Numbered from the stretch's first letter, positions 1 through 15,100 are shown. The stretch: 64,000 nucleotides of DNA from Rotaria socialis (GCA_905331295.1 CAJNYD010000074.1:310001-374000); one strand, 5' to 3'. Program-made: numbers and translations. Notes: a model not told the origin generated them from the sequence alone.

Positions 1-926
1 TAATCTGCATGCTACAGATCATAAGAATCATATACTAGAAGATGCCATGCAAGGTGAAACATATTATGAAGGTCCATTTATCTTTGAGTTAATTATCCTG
101 AAAAAAAAAACTAACAAACTACTAACATAAACATACACACAATATACTGAAAATTGATATCTGGAGGAGATAAATGCTATTCTTTGTTAGCAATTACCGT
201 TTATGCGTATCAACTGACCAGGCCTTCATGGGACTATTCAGCTTTGTAGTAAAGAATCAATAATGATAAACTAAATCTTATTAGGAAGCATTCAATTTGA
301 TTTTGTTCGGACCTTTAGTCTTCATGGCTGTATTAATTGACGACTTTATAATACGTTTTATGTCAAGGAAAATAATCCAATTTTGATATCATTTGTTCGT
401 GATTAAGCAAATATGCATAACATATAGTATACGAGTTTACACGTATCCATATTAATCTTAATGTGGGACAGATTATCGATGTTTTTCTTTAAAACATCAT
501 CGTTAAATGTCATATCATAATTACATACGTCAGCCTGGCTCGAAAATATCGAATATTAATCTGAAGAAAAGCTTTGCATTCGTAAAACAGATGAAAAACG
601 AAGTATTGAATTTTTACCAAGCAAATTTTCACTGAAAGTTTAATGTGTTAAACTAATGCCATTGACTCGAAAAAAGCAAACACTCTGAGGCTTTTTATTC
701 TACAAGTAACATTTTTATTCACTTCTAAAATTTCTAAAGAATTTCTTTTACTCCCGTTGAAGTAGATGCATTCTTTCGAGGGCAATCTCTTATTCATTTC
801 TTAATCGTTTTCATTTTTGTTTTACATAAATATAAGCAAACGAGAATGAAATAGACATTTAAGAACTTTCATCGTTTTTTGTCAATGGACTCTGTCACAT
901 TATTTAATATTTATAAAATATCTTAC

Positions 927-1353
927 ATTTATTGACTAGAAATTCATAATCAATCGTAAAACCTGAACCGGTATTTGTTTGATCACTGGCAAATTGAATC
1001 CATAGAGATCGTGTTAGAATATCACCGCGAAGTGCAATTAAACATGGATCAGGTAATTTCGAACCTGAAAATCGAAATAATTTTGAATTATATTTTGACA
1101 CATCAGTTATTGTTTCTCCAATAAATAATTCATCGTGACCAAATTCAGTATCGAAATGACGAAATGTTAATAGAAGATTACGATAATGAATATTGTGTGA
1201 TATAGATGATAAATTAAATGTCCATGTGCATTCAATATTATTTTCATATGATAATAACACAATAGTGCCACTAGTTTGATTTAATTCATAATTGCATAAA
1301 TAAACAACGCATGGGAAAAATATGATGATGTAAAACAATGTATTAATATACAT
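927..1353 (-). CDS. First coding exon of a secreted or membrane CUB-domain protein (incomplete; downstream exons not identified)
   Basis: Hydrophobic N-terminus followed by CUB motifs (ECTWTF, LLLTFRHFDTEFGHDELFIG, FSGSKLP, LWIQFASDQTNTGSGFTIDY). An acceptor (ttcttcag) lies directly before the ATG and a donor (gtaaga) at 926. Confidence 0.85.
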
Positions 1354-4300
1354 CTGAAGAAAATATCATTACTCCTCGTTAAATATTTACTTATCCTTGA
1401 AGAATGGTTATCATATTATTCCATGTATAAGTGAATGAGTGATGTGACTGAAGATTTAAATATGTGCTAGCAGATAAAAATAAAAGAGAATCAATGTAGA
1501 TCTAATGAAAACAATTTGTTGATTATTTCTGTCGCTAATACTTATTTACTTGTTTGCGGCATGTAGATTAATCAGATCTAATTGGGAGTACTATACGAAG
1601 GACCTTCTCTAAATAAGAAATAGAGATAAATCAGTAAGAAGAAATGATAATTATGTGTGTAAATAACAGAAATAGAAAATAAGTGAAGGTTATGCATATA
1701 TGCCTTATGGCTATGAGTCTGATATATATCAGAATGAGCTATAGACACTTAAGAACGTGAGGGAAAAGAGGGAGAGAGAGAGAGAGAAAGAAAGAGAGAA
1801 AATAAAACAGATGATTATATAGTAAGGAAAGCACTGATTTGGTACTAATGATGGTAGTGTGACTACTACAATCAAACAGAATATAATAGTAATGATGAAG
1901 GTTAGAAAAATACTCTGAAGAGAAAAATAATGAATGGCATGAACCGATCAGCATGGATATATAATATTGTCCTAGAGATACATAAGAAAGAAAGAATAAA
2001 GAAAAAAAAGAGGAATTGATACACTTCGTCAACAAACCGTTTCTTTGAAGTTCAAGGCTTCTGTCGACAAAAAAAACATATTAAATTTCACGTATTCAGC
2101 GATCGATTCAAAAGACATCGTTTGTCATATGGCAATGACTTCGATGTAGTCAATAGTAACATTCTTCATCATACGGAGTTTAGTTTAATACAATGAGTCA
2201 TTGTGTTTATATTTACTTTAAAAGAAAAATAAAATCAACAAATTTCGACTTAAGCAGCCAATCTAGAAGAGCAAAAAAATAAAAATAAAATTTTCTTCGA
2301 TACATGCTTATTTACAAGAAATATAGCCACTTTTGCATCATTAAAATTTTACTTATCCAAAGACAGCAGATCAATCAATTTGACAGGTCAAAACGTAACT
2401 TATTAGAATGAAATACTGTCTAGATAATTATTTTAAACACTATATGGGTTTTATTTGCAAAGAACGATTCAATTTTGTTGACATAACAATTGTGTAAGAT
2501 CGTATAAAATCACTTTTGTCAATAAAAACATGTGGTCTATTTATCCGGTCTACTAATATGTGAAGGAAGCTTGCTTTTCTATGTAAAAATTCATATATTC
2601 ATTTCAAAGCATATGCTGCTGTATAGCATGCAAACATAAATACAGATTTGCATGCATTGGAATTTCAATGGGTCCAAGAGTGAATAATTAGTCATAGTCA
2701 GGTGATCTATCTATAGAAAAAATGTTTGACTTTTTGATGTATCTTAACATCAAGAGACGAACTCAATCTGCTGTTTTTCTGTAATATCAGCAAAGAATAA
2801 TAAATTATTTCTGATCTTCGAATATTATTACTCGGACATTTTTTAAAATCGATATGCAGTTAGTATTAACTCCGATTACTTAGTACAATATTGATCATAC
2901 TAACGGATCTACCGATGATAAAATCAATACATAACAATCCCAGACCAATGTGATTAGAATATTCGAATGTATTATGATTTATTATTTAGTATGGTTTTTT
3001 TTTTGTAAGGTTTCAAACATAATGGATAGACGCTTGTATTATTGATAGTTATTTTCTATTGCAAGTAGTAGCTATAGGTTATGATAATTAGTAATGACTG
3101 TAATAGGGAGAGAAAAGAACCTGGAAAAAAAACTATCACTGCATTTCTATTTATTTTTTCTACTTCAGATTCGGTTGTAATTATAATTCCGAGCGTCCTG
3201 ACTTCTGCATAAGAAAAATATTGTTTTATATATCTTTTGTCTTATTTCCATAGATATTCTCTACTCTATCCTTTTGATCAAAACCATGTGAGTTTTTACA
3301 CTTCTCAATTAAAAAGCAATCTCATGAAACACCTACCCGTAGGTGGTAATAACGACATTCAACATGCATAAGAAAAATGCAAAATAAGTCTTCTGTAAAA
3401 GATATCGTCGTCTATAATCATTTATACATAATCATTTTTTTTATTAAGATTACTGCAAAAAATGTTTGAAACTTGAGACAAGATAAACGCAATCCTATTT
3501 TGATTCTCGCCTAACCATTTGGTTTTTATTCAAATATGAATGGCAAAGGAGAACAACTTGACAACACGACGAACTTTGTATAGAAATGAAAATTATATTA
3601 GCTGGTTAAAATCTGATCGATATAATCATAGAGTATTTTACAAAGTAGCCTTTGGCTTACAAGCATTTTTAAACGTAAAATTTATGCTCTATGCAAACGT
3701 AGAATAGATTTTCGAGTGAAATTGATTGAAAAACCATTCATTGAATTGTAATCTGATATGAAGATTGTGTTATATACACTACGCACTTCGGTCGATTGCT
3801 AAGTTTTTAACTAAATACGTCTGTAGGGTATGAAAGAAAAATTATAATGCAGATTTTACGTGCATTTTTTTCTGTTCATGATGAGTGGTGATGAAAATTT
3901 TCAAGCAAAAAAAATTAAAAATTAAATTATTCATGGCAAATAAGTAAACTTGTTGGTTTTCGCTATCCACCTGAGAATGATATAACCAGTTTAAGAAGCG
4001 TTCTCATGGAAACGTGAGAGACCTGAAACGAAAAGATAATGATTGACAAATGTTCGAATGAATCGTGAAAAAACGAATACCATCGTTAATTTATAATGTC
4101 ATAATATGGGAAAAGAGCGTTTTCGTGTCGAATATTTATTTTTCAATGAGATGTTAAGAAATAAATTTGGTTTTTGTTACCAGCTTTTCAATGGTCTATA
4201 ATCAATCCGTCATCAAATAAGATAGAAATTCTATATTTAATGGTAGATGATAAGATAGAATCGTATTGAGTTCGATATATGTAATTTAAATCAAAATTGA

Positions 4301-4354
4301 TATAGCTGCTCATTTCGACAACAACAGAAAACAATAGAGAACATTGTATTCTAA

Positions 4355-4620
4355 TTTTTGTGTACTCAAAAAAAGTGAGTGCACTCTAGATTCGGTCAGT
4401 GTGCCCGGCCCGCCGTTAACACGATAACCTTTGAAAGCCTCATCCAATTGTCATGAAATTTTGTACCCGACCCACCCCCCCCCCCCAGCCCGGGGGGGGG
4501 GTACAGGGATTTTTTCAAAAAAACATTTTTCTTAGAATTATTCACAACATATATAAATCGACTCAGTTTTTGCAGTACGCGTAACAATCGGATGCGAATC
4601 CGATGTTTCCTCATTTATTT
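4355..4620 (+). mobile_element. Probable 5' part of a DINE-1/HINE-like (Helentron-associated) non-autonomous element
   Basis: T-run, then imperfect hairpin GTGTACTC..GAGTGCAC, then CTAGATTCG, AACACGATAAC, CCAATTGTCATGAAATTT and C/G homopolymer runs. GC-rich relative to flanks. 3' end not found. Confidence 0.5.
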
Positions 4621-6336
4621 AAGATAAAATTCAACATGAGAAAATGGCATCAACACACGATCGATGTAAAATGAAAAATTTCATGAAAGATATATCTAAA
4701 ATTGAATTAAATTCACGATGTATCAATTATGAAAACACTAGCATGTTCATTTTTACCTATATTTCGCCATAGATAAAGTAGAAAGATATTTTTATGCCGA
4801 TCCGTTGTAGTGTTTAAACCATAGATTTTATTGAGCGTCTACCGATTAATTCGATAACAGCACAAAGATAAGAATCATGAATACTTGCAGAGAATATGGA
4901 TATTTAAGTGGTCTGTAGAATTTCAAGGCTCTTGCATTCTTTTATTTTCCAATAATCTCTGTTGAATCACTGATTACATGTTAAGTAACCTCGGGATTTC
5001 ATCCGTCTTTTTTTCTCTTAAATAAACAGTTTAATACGAAATCATATCATCGACATAGCTCACTTTTAATGATTTATGGTCTACCAAGAGATATGTTAAT
5101 TCCATTGAGATGATTCCAAATATATGAAAAATATTTCTTGTTCAATCAACAATCATATTCAAAACAGCAAACTCGTATAAAAGTTAGTTTTCAATGAAAA
5201 TGAATTCAACAAAGCTTACTAAGCCACGCACTCTCATAAAATAAATAATACTAAAAATAATCTCACTGTATACAATACGGCCAGATTCAAATTTAATATT
5301 TATATCTACAAGTTGTTGGAGGTGAAGGTATCGTGAGATGAATTTTAGATTAACTAGAATATTCTGTTGTTGTTTTTGATTGGTTTGATTAATGAGTTTT
5401 TCATGGTGCTTTCAGCCTTATTGAAATTCCTACATACATGGATGTCTTAGTGAAAATAAAAGAATGGCCTACATCAAACTACATCATGTACGTGAAGTCA
5501 AAAGAGAAGAATAATCATGAAAAAAATTCAGACAAAACAATCACTTGGATATCTTTCAAAAATAAAAATGCAAAATAAAATATTTTGCAACAAGCCACCA
5601 CCTTTCAAGTTTTGTCCTTGACAACAGAGAAAATATATTTGTGTTTCATCATTATTGTTATTGTTTTTCGATTCGATGGTAAATCTGAAACTTATAAAAA
5701 CTAGCATATTTCTGTTTTTAAGATAAACAATAGCGAGTGAACTTTCTTTGCTGATCAATACTTTTTCCTTTGCATATCAAAGAAAAATGAATTCAGTGTA
5801 CAGAAGTGACGAATAAAAAGATTCTTATCGATATCCTAGTTTATTATTCCTTGTAAACATGAGTGTTAAACAAAATGAAGTAGATAATAACAACAGGAAC
5901 ATACAAGTATCCCTTAAATAATGTTTTTTTTTAAATATTTTTTCATCTTGTATTAGTGTAACATCCACGGAACATTTTTTTTATTAGCATGCAAGTCATT
6001 CTTATTATAAATGAAGTAGAGAAAGAAAGAAAAAAATTGAATACTTCTTTTTATAGGAAAAAATCTTATTTAAAATAAAAGAAAAAAAACAATCATTCTC
6101 TCAAAATAACTTATAGTGTAAAAAGAGGTATTACCATAACATCGAACTTTCGTATATATTGTATGTTGACGTGAAGGTAAGTGTAGATGAATTAATAGCA
6201 AATCTAACAAAAATAAAAGGAAAAAAAGATCCCTTGGCCATTCACGATAAACTTGAAAAATCAGAAAAAAAATTTGAAACCTTTCATCTCATTTTCAAAA
6301 AAGAAAAAGGAACATAAAAGGTTTAAGTGTCATGCA

Positions 6337-9300
6337 ATGGGATCCTCAGAAAGTAAACAATCTTCCGATACTACTTATTATCGACAAAGTCAAGCATTTA
6401 TGAATGTAGTACCATATAACATAGATAATAGCCAACCTGCCCCAAATGATATTTATCAAAGACTTAATCATAGCTTATATGCAGGTCCACCGTTAACAAT
6501 GCCAATACAACCAACATATAGATGTAATTATTGTGGAATGGTATTTACAAGCGATGAAGCATTATATAAGCATAGAACAAGATTTTGTGTGGGCAATCCA
6601 GATGCTAGTATTAGACGAAATCCAAATAATTTAAATAATGGAACGAACGGTACTACTTTTATGAGTGAAAACTATTCGAATAGTCAACCAACATTAGGAA
6701 AAATTACTGCATATCCATCGCCAATTGAAAAAGTAATAATCAATTTACGGATTAAATCAAATATATACATATATTTATTGATAATTCGAACATAATCTTG
6801 CAAAGAATTCATTAGTTGACTGTTTCGAGTAATACATCGACAATTCTTACATACGTCATTTGTTTACAAGTGAAGAAACCTTAGAAAACGTACTAAATTA
6901 GGTACTTTAATACTGCTAAGATGAGTAAATACAAAATTTTAGTCGACAAGCGAACGATGCGAATTTCGTCAAAAGTTTTTTTTCTGACCTCAAGGTGAAA
7001 AACTCTCTCATTTTCAAAAATATATTAGCTTCGTTGAATACCACTGAGAGTATAGAGAAATAATAGGTACACATTATTTTTCTTGATATTCAAATCTTGA
7101 AAAATCTATACCTAGAAATTGTAACAAAAACTATTCGATAATTATTGTAGGCAATTTTGAAGCATGTTGTGATTAGTTCAACTATTGAGTCTAATAGCAT
7201 GAGAAAGTAGTCACTCATGCCAATAAATTTCTATCTGTGAGAATGTAGCCTATCTCTGTTGATTTTGGAGTAGAATTGAATAATATTGTATTTGAACTCG
7301 TAGAAGCTTTTAAAACTTTCTAGATACTTTATTTTATTCTAAATAATATTCTATTGATAATATATATTTTTAAATAGAAACGCGAAGAAATAACCGAATG
7401 GAAAAATAAACGATCTATTCTACAAAGCGTACAAGATATGGAAGATAGAATACTAGTCGATTCAAGAAAAACAGAACAAGTAACCCATGATCTTAAAAAA
7501 CAAACACATGAGTACAATCAAATTCTTAGTGAAGTATGAATTTCTACGCAATAATATTAAACCAAACATTTCTTTTAAGGATTTTTTAATAAGAATCAAA
7601 CTTTTTATTTTCTAGTATGAAAAATTGCAAACACAAGAACGTGATCTTCTAAGAGAAATGTATAATTTACATGGACGATCTAGACTATATGTAAATTAAG
7701 TTCATATTCTTTTTGTCGTTTTATTGTCTTCAATATTTGCTATTAGTTCATGCAGCCAAAAGATTTAAATGATTATGAACGAAATCAACTAGAAGTTTTA
7801 TATCAACAGAATAATCGTATTAAACATGAACGTGAGGGTATGATTTGATCGAATAAAAACAATGAAAGAGTGGCAAACGGAGAATTGCGTTTCTCATTTT
7901 TTTTTCTCGTATAGCTATTCAAAGTAAACTTGAGACATTAATAGGAAAAGATAATCCACAACCCATTCTACCCTATTATGATCCATATAGATTATTACGT
8001 GATATGAAAGAACAACAAGACCACAATGAAAACAATTTAGCATATTTACGAAGACGTCTTATGTATCCTAATAGGTATTTCATTCTAAATAGAATTTAAT
8101 AGATCACTTTCAGTTTTTATTAGCTCATTATTTAGTTCCAATGAAAGTTCATTTTTACCACGTCTTAATCTGAATCGACAAACAACGACTGATGATGTTA
8201 GGTAAGAATGTTGAATAAATTTATTTTTTCTTTAATTTTTAATTGTAATTATAATTTAAGAGCATTACGAAACAGATATTTACAATCAGGCGGTCATGAT
8301 AACGATGTTCTTTCACAATTTAATGATCTTGAAGAAAAACTACGTTACTATGAAAGTTTTCCATGGATGAAAGGTTATCCAGAACCATTAACACGTTATC
8401 CATGTATTTAATTAGTCATACTATCGGATGAGATCATCAATCTGCTGCTTGTTAGGTTTCACTTGCACTAGATTGGAAAAAATTGAGCTTGAAGTTCTGC
8501 GAGTATGGATGTTAGTTTGTAGTTTATCTGCACCCACAATTAGCATCATCAAATGCATCTTCTCAAACGAACATTTAAATCCTTGTGGTTTTTAGAATGA
8601 TTTTATTGTTTTAATTTCACGAATTTCTAGCACCATTTCTTCATTTACTATATTATCATCATGTTAAACAAACTGCAACGCTTTCATAGTTATAATGCAC
8701 TAAGTTTTATAAACACGAAATATTTTGTTTTATTTGAAAGGCACTAAAACTTAAACATAACGAACGATGAATACAAATATCAGGTGAAAAATCAATAGGC
8801 TCCTTTCTTTCTGTATATAACGTCTTGAATAATAAGAATAATTAAAACCACATTATTTTTAATCATAGCAATATGTAGGTTAAGAGCAATATGTCAACAG
8901 AACGCAAATAGATGTAGAACAGCTGACACGAAAGAAAAACAACAACAAAATTTATTTATTTATTTTATTATCATGTCGTTTACTGAGCATACATTTTATT
9001 TCCCCAATGGTTATAGTTATCATTCTGAGAGTATTTAGCCATTGACTGAACAGAAATTTTAAGTGTAGAAAAAGAATTTATATAAACACTGACGCGCAGA
9101 ATTTCATATTCGTTCTTTTTTTGTATCTATTGAAAGCGAACTAGCAAGAGCACATATGATCTAATCCGATGTTGTTCGTCGTTTTTATTAATTGTTTTAT
9201 TCATAGATCATCCATTTCGTCCAAGAGAGCCTACAAATGATAAATTAACGTCGACCGTCACTGAAAAAGAGCGGCTAGAAAATGAACTTAGCGATATGCA

Positions 9301-11171
9301 ACGTAAATTTCAACAACTTGATTCACGTATTTTGCTTGTTTCAATTTTATTTTTTTAAATTTGAAATCTTATCTTTTCTTAATAAGGTACAAAACAATTA
9401 GAGTTAACTTTAGCAACAACCGGATTGCCTAATCAAAATTCTAATCTTAACAATAATAATCATAGATATGTATCACCAAAAAACGATGGTCACCAATGGA
9501 AAAGTACTTACACTCGGATAGCTAATCCGAATTATACGAATTCTGCTCATCAATTCGTTGATCAACCTCAACAGTTTCATCAACCATCATTACCTATAAT
9601 AGATACGGGTAGACGATCTCGTGGAATGCAACCAGCCAGTCGTATTGCTTCGAATTCGAATGGAAGATATGGTCAAATAGAATCAAAACCATACGATCCC
9701 GTCGGTGGTTTTGTTATATTCTTTGATTTTATTATTAATCTTTCACCAATGATTGAAAAATGTCAACTTATAACAAGTCTTCATCACGTACAAACAGGAC
9801 TTGGCGAACCATCACAATTAGCAGTATTAAAATCTGAACTATATAATGATCTGAAATTTGGTGAACAAGTCAGCACTATTTTGCTTTCTACAAAACAACC
9901 TGTACCAAGGTTTCATTAATAAAAAGATCATATTTTCTTGGTTTTTTTTATTTATTAAATGATAGTTTTTATATTTTAGATGTCCACCACAACAAGCCTT
10001 ATCTATAGTTATTGAAGTACTAACAACAACAAAGCAAAGTCCACATGCACCGTTACGTACAAATGCTTGGACTAGGATACCATTATTTGATAATAGAAAT
10101 CGTCTATTAAGTGGCAGATGGAAAGTACCGTTGAAAATATTACCAATTCAACACGATGCAAGTTTTCCTGTTATTGCCACATTGCCAACAGTAAGCAGAG
10201 GAAATAAACCGATTGATCTAGACTAGACAGTAGACTTTTTACTCGATAAATTTTCGAATTTAAAATAGATCATTCACATTTTTTTCTCTTTTCCTTATAC
10301 TAAAATATCTGTTGTCAGAGAAGTCTACCAATTGATGTATCCATCTCAAGTAGAAATGATGTGTCCTCTGTAGAGCCAAAAGAAATATGAAGACTTTGAA
10401 AAGAGTGCGTATTTTTAGTTTATCGGTGTCGATGTTCTGTACAACACTTTTAACGAATGTCATGACCTCCCTCAGAAAAAGTAAGAAATTCAATTGTCCA
10501 ATTTTTTATTCTAATATAAGACTATGTTTAACAGTGTCAGTATCGTTTACGTAAATTGTTGGATTCGATGATCTTATATCAGTATAGCATTATTGAGTTC
10601 TATTGCGATTCAAAGTTTCAAATGAACCCTAAGCAGTTTTACTACTGTTACAAAGGGAGAGTATGTTATTCATTTGAAAACCTATCATAAAAATGCTGTG
10701 AATCTATAGGAATAAGCTGTGACCACGCACATATTGTAGTATACTTGTAATTGAGATTGATTTCCATTGATATCTGACATGATTGAATTTTCTTTTCTTA
10801 TTTGTCGTATCACTATCGAAGAAAATATTTTGTGAGTCGAATTTGTTTTCTTATCATTTTCAGTTTCTTACCTTTAGTATTAAACTAAACCAAACAATAG
10901 ATTTTATTATATGTGAAATATGACTAAATTTTTAGTTTGGCCGTGCTGAATTACATTATCGACTAGTCAATTATCAAGATGCAGCTGCTCAAGCAAATGT
11001 ACTTTTCTCACTTAATCATCAAGATCTATACTTTACTCCACCACAAGTAAGTTACTAGATCTTTAGATTTAAACAAACAAAAAAAAGAACCTATTTAAAA
11101 ACTTCAATTTCAAAATTTTATTTCTACATGTTTTCACTATTATTTAGTTTCAAACTCGACCATTTATGTAA
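6337..11171 (+). CDS. CCDC17: CCDC17-like protein (N-terminal zinc-finger-like motif, coiled coil, conserved C-terminal domain), multi-exon
   Basis: Recognised blocks: CNYCGMVFTSDEALYKHRTRFC, ALRNRYLQSGGHD, PYDPVGGFVIFFDF and LLSGRWKVPLKILP. First exon 6337-6732; exon 2 starts 7378; last exon 11148-11171 (FQTRPFM*). Confidence 0.8.
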
Positions 11172-12133
11172 TAGGTATTAATCACTTGGCTTGTACCAAA
11201 TCTTTCTCCTTTTTCTCTTCATGATCTATCCTATCATTGAATTCCTATGCATTTGCTTCTTTTTCCTTTCAGGATTAATGCTTCAATTTGAGAATTCATC
11301 ACGATGGTTTTCTCTTTTGTAAATATTTTCTTCTCATGTAAATAAATAAAAGAATACGTTGTTTTGTTCATAGTCTATTATATTTGGGTTTGTTTTTCTT
11401 TGAGTGATGATAATGCGAATGAACACATAGTAAAGCAAAGACACAGTGAAAAAAAAACAAACAAAAAAACCAAATAAGCTGAATAGTAGCATTAGCGATT
11501 GAAATAGGACGACAATAGGAAGAGCATTAAAAAACGAGAATAATTGCAATAATAAAAAGAAAAAAAAAAGAGGAGACACAAAGAATCTCGTTTTTTTTTG
11601 AATATAAGATGAGTTAATTTTTGATATAATATGTGTTTAACACATTTTAGAAAATCGTCGTCATTTTGCTCAATCAATTATGCTCATATTGTATAAAGCA
11701 CAAAAAGACAAGAAAAAAAAAGTTAATAAAGCGCACGAAAAAAAAGTGCCAAGCCGGTTGACGACAACAAAGTTAAAAGAATTAAACATCAGCGAGTAAA
11801 TAGAAGATCGCTATTCAGCGAATATAATGTTCGTCAAAGGCTAAAATTCATAATTATATACATATCAAATCAATAATTACTTTTTATTTGTTCTTACTTA
11901 AAAAATGGTGTTTACCTAAAATAGAAAGTAAAGCAATATTAATTCATGTGAGAGGTTTTTTTCACTACTGATGTTTATGTAGGCGTATAACATAAAATAA
12001 AAGCATGATTAAACACAACAAACAAGCATTAAATGTGAGTTAATAAGATAAAAACGCAGTAAGAAGTTCATTTTACTGATACAACAGAGAAAGTAGCGCT
12101 ATTACAGATAGATATATTTTACCACTTTGAAAT

Positions 12134-15100
12134 TTAATGTTGATGACTAGTTGTTGTTGCTGGTTCCGCACAAAAACAATCATCCGAATGATGAGAAGAG
12201 GAAGAAGAATGCGGAGAAACAGATGGAATAGGAGAAGAAAGTATTTCTTCTTTTATTAATGATGATCGAGGAGGTAAAAGAGTACCTCCTAACGAACCGG
12301 GATGTGACTGAGTTTTTTTCTTAGAATGTCCACTAGGCAAGTCAGCATGAAAAAGTGCTGGTGTTGATGAAACTGATGAAGATTGTTTCGGTCTTTTAGC
12401 TGGATTTGTATTTACAAATGGAGGTAAAAATGGTAAATCCGTTGCTGACTGTGTTTGTTGTTGTTGTTTAAAACTAGCTAAATCAGTTTCAGCTTGCAAT
12501 AAACGAGGCTGTTGATAAGATGGATGTGAATGCTGTTGAGAATATATCACAGAACGAGATGTCGATGAAAATGATGATGAAGATGAGGAGCTTGATGATG
12601 GAGTTTTAAGACGTCTCGAAACATGATCATTGTTAGGAGCTGATAAACGACGTTTATCTTGACTAGATGATTCTGTTTGGTTTAGACGAATATCTTCTTC
12701 CGATAAAAATATATTTCTTTGTTGATTTTTAATATCCTCATGCGTTATTTCAACATAATCATCGTCGAATGATTGACGTTGAGATCTATATATAACAGTT
12801 GTTGCATCCGATTGTGATGATATTGAATGTGTTAAATCACTTGCTGCATCAATAATATCGTCAAGAACATTTTTAACATCATTGTTTATCGATGAAAAAT
12901 GTTTGTCAATGAATGATTCAACTTTATCATTATCATCATGTTGTTGTGATAATAAATCAACTGATGAACGTATTTCACGTACGATTTCGACAATGTTTGT
13001 TGTCGAACCATTTTTTAATAATTCCATTTCAATACGTTCAAATTCCATTAATGAATCATCGGTATTCGGCGTTTGTGATGAATTATGGTCAGCTGAATAT
13101 GGACGATTCGTTTCACTTGCCGTTAAACTCAATGTGCTTATAGCTGATTTGATTTCGTCGTGTCGTAATTCTGGACTTTCATAAACAGTTTCTAATGTTG
13201 TACCCGAACGTAAATCAAAGCCAGTATCAAGTGGTGGATAATCACATTGATGTTGAAGTATATCAATTAGATCAGGACTTTCGTGTTTGTCAGATGAACT
13301 TGATGATGTATTTGATGGTGTCTCATTTTTAATATCTTTTGTATTTGCTGATGGCGAAAGATTTTTTACTAAAACAAATTCATCGGACATTTCTGTCATG
13401 TCACGTTCACCGAATTCAATCGATGAATCATCTAGTGAACGTGGTGTATAACGATTTATCGGTGAAATATTATCAATTAATTCATTTGTTGAATTTATCA
13501 TTTCAATTGGACTACTTGATGGTTGTGGATGATCTTGTTTTGTATAGTAACTAAATGCAGATGCTTGTTGATTTGAAGACGATTTTCTTTCTGTTTGATC
13601 ATTTTTTAATTGATCAAAAAATAATGTCGACGATGGTGTATATTGTTCAGGCACATGAATAATAATACAACTATCCGAACTGAAACGTTGTAATGTACCA
13701 TAGTCAAGTTCATCTGGACATGCTTGTAAGAGTTGTTCGCTGTGTGCATGCGTCATAGTTGCTTGTTGTGTATTGAGTGGCAATGAACGATCAAGACTTT
13801 GATCCGTAAATGGTGATATTATATCAGATTTATTCATATTTTCATCTCCTGCTAATGCCTTTTCAACTAAACGATCTAATGAACGTGCAAATTTTAATTT
13901 AATTCTATCGATAAATGACTCTTTAGTTTGATAGATTTCATTTAATTCTTCTTGTATAGTTGATTTGATTGAATCGACTAATGTTGAATCACGATCACTT
14001 TCACTGCCAGCATCATATTCGGATGACGAAAGAATTACTTTTGTTGGTTGTATTGTTGTTGGTGTTGATGCAGTTGGATGGATTTGTGAATCATATTGAT
14101 CATTGTTAATTTCTAAATCACTTTTAATTGTTTCTAAATTACTACGAAGAATTTCTTCTTGTAAAATTTTTATTATCGATTTATCATTCGAATCATTTAA
14201 TGGTGAATCAAGACTTTCTTGTCGTGGCATTGCTGTAGCACTGCTCGTTGATAATCGGGGTGATCGTACGAAATTTTCATTCAAGTCTAATTTAAATGAA
14301 ACACTTTTTCCAGCCGTATTTGTTGTTGCCGTTGGTTCTGAGATGTTTAGTGTTAAATCATTTAATAGTAAAGATCGTTGTTCACTTGAACGTTTTCGTT
14401 TTTGTTGAACAGCATTTTGATTACCACCACTACTTTCTTCACCTTCGCCGGAATATCTTTCTTCAGGAATTTTTTCTTTTGTTATAGTAAAATTTTCTGG
14501 ACGATTTTTACTCGAATATTTTTCATCGGAACTTGAATCATTATAACCATAATTAACTGTACCACGTTCATTTACGTAATCATTATCATCAGATGATATG
14601 ACATTGGGTGTTTCATCGGTAGCTGTTAAATATTGACTAGAATTAGATTGTGTCTGATAATGACGATGCAGTTTATCATCTTCATTGGCTGAATTTGAAC
14701 TGCGAACATCAAGATAGTCACCACTTGATGGCGATACTATACTAAAAAATGTTCCTGTATCAGATTGTGAACCATGACGAATGCTTGATGGTGATGTTTT
14801 CATGACTGGTGTTGATGTTGGTTCAAAATCAAAACTTTCTGAATGTATACTGGTAATAGCAGAAGTTTTTGTTGGCGTTGCTGTTGTTGATGATCGTGCT
14901 GAATTTTCTTCATCACCTGAGTGTTCACGTGTATTCGATGATTCATCAGCACTATAACGATCATTAACACTGAATGAACTTGTGTCTGTTGGAATAGGAT
15001 TTCGTTTATTTTCTTCTTCGTCTTCTTCGATAACTTCATCGGCGTCATCGTCATCAGATGATGTATGGTTATCTGTTAGTTTAGCATCTTTATCACTTTC

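Noticed and set aside
1..97. Next exon of the CUB gene at the acceptor-like site near 98
   Set aside because: Stops occur in all three frames, including immediately in the required phase.
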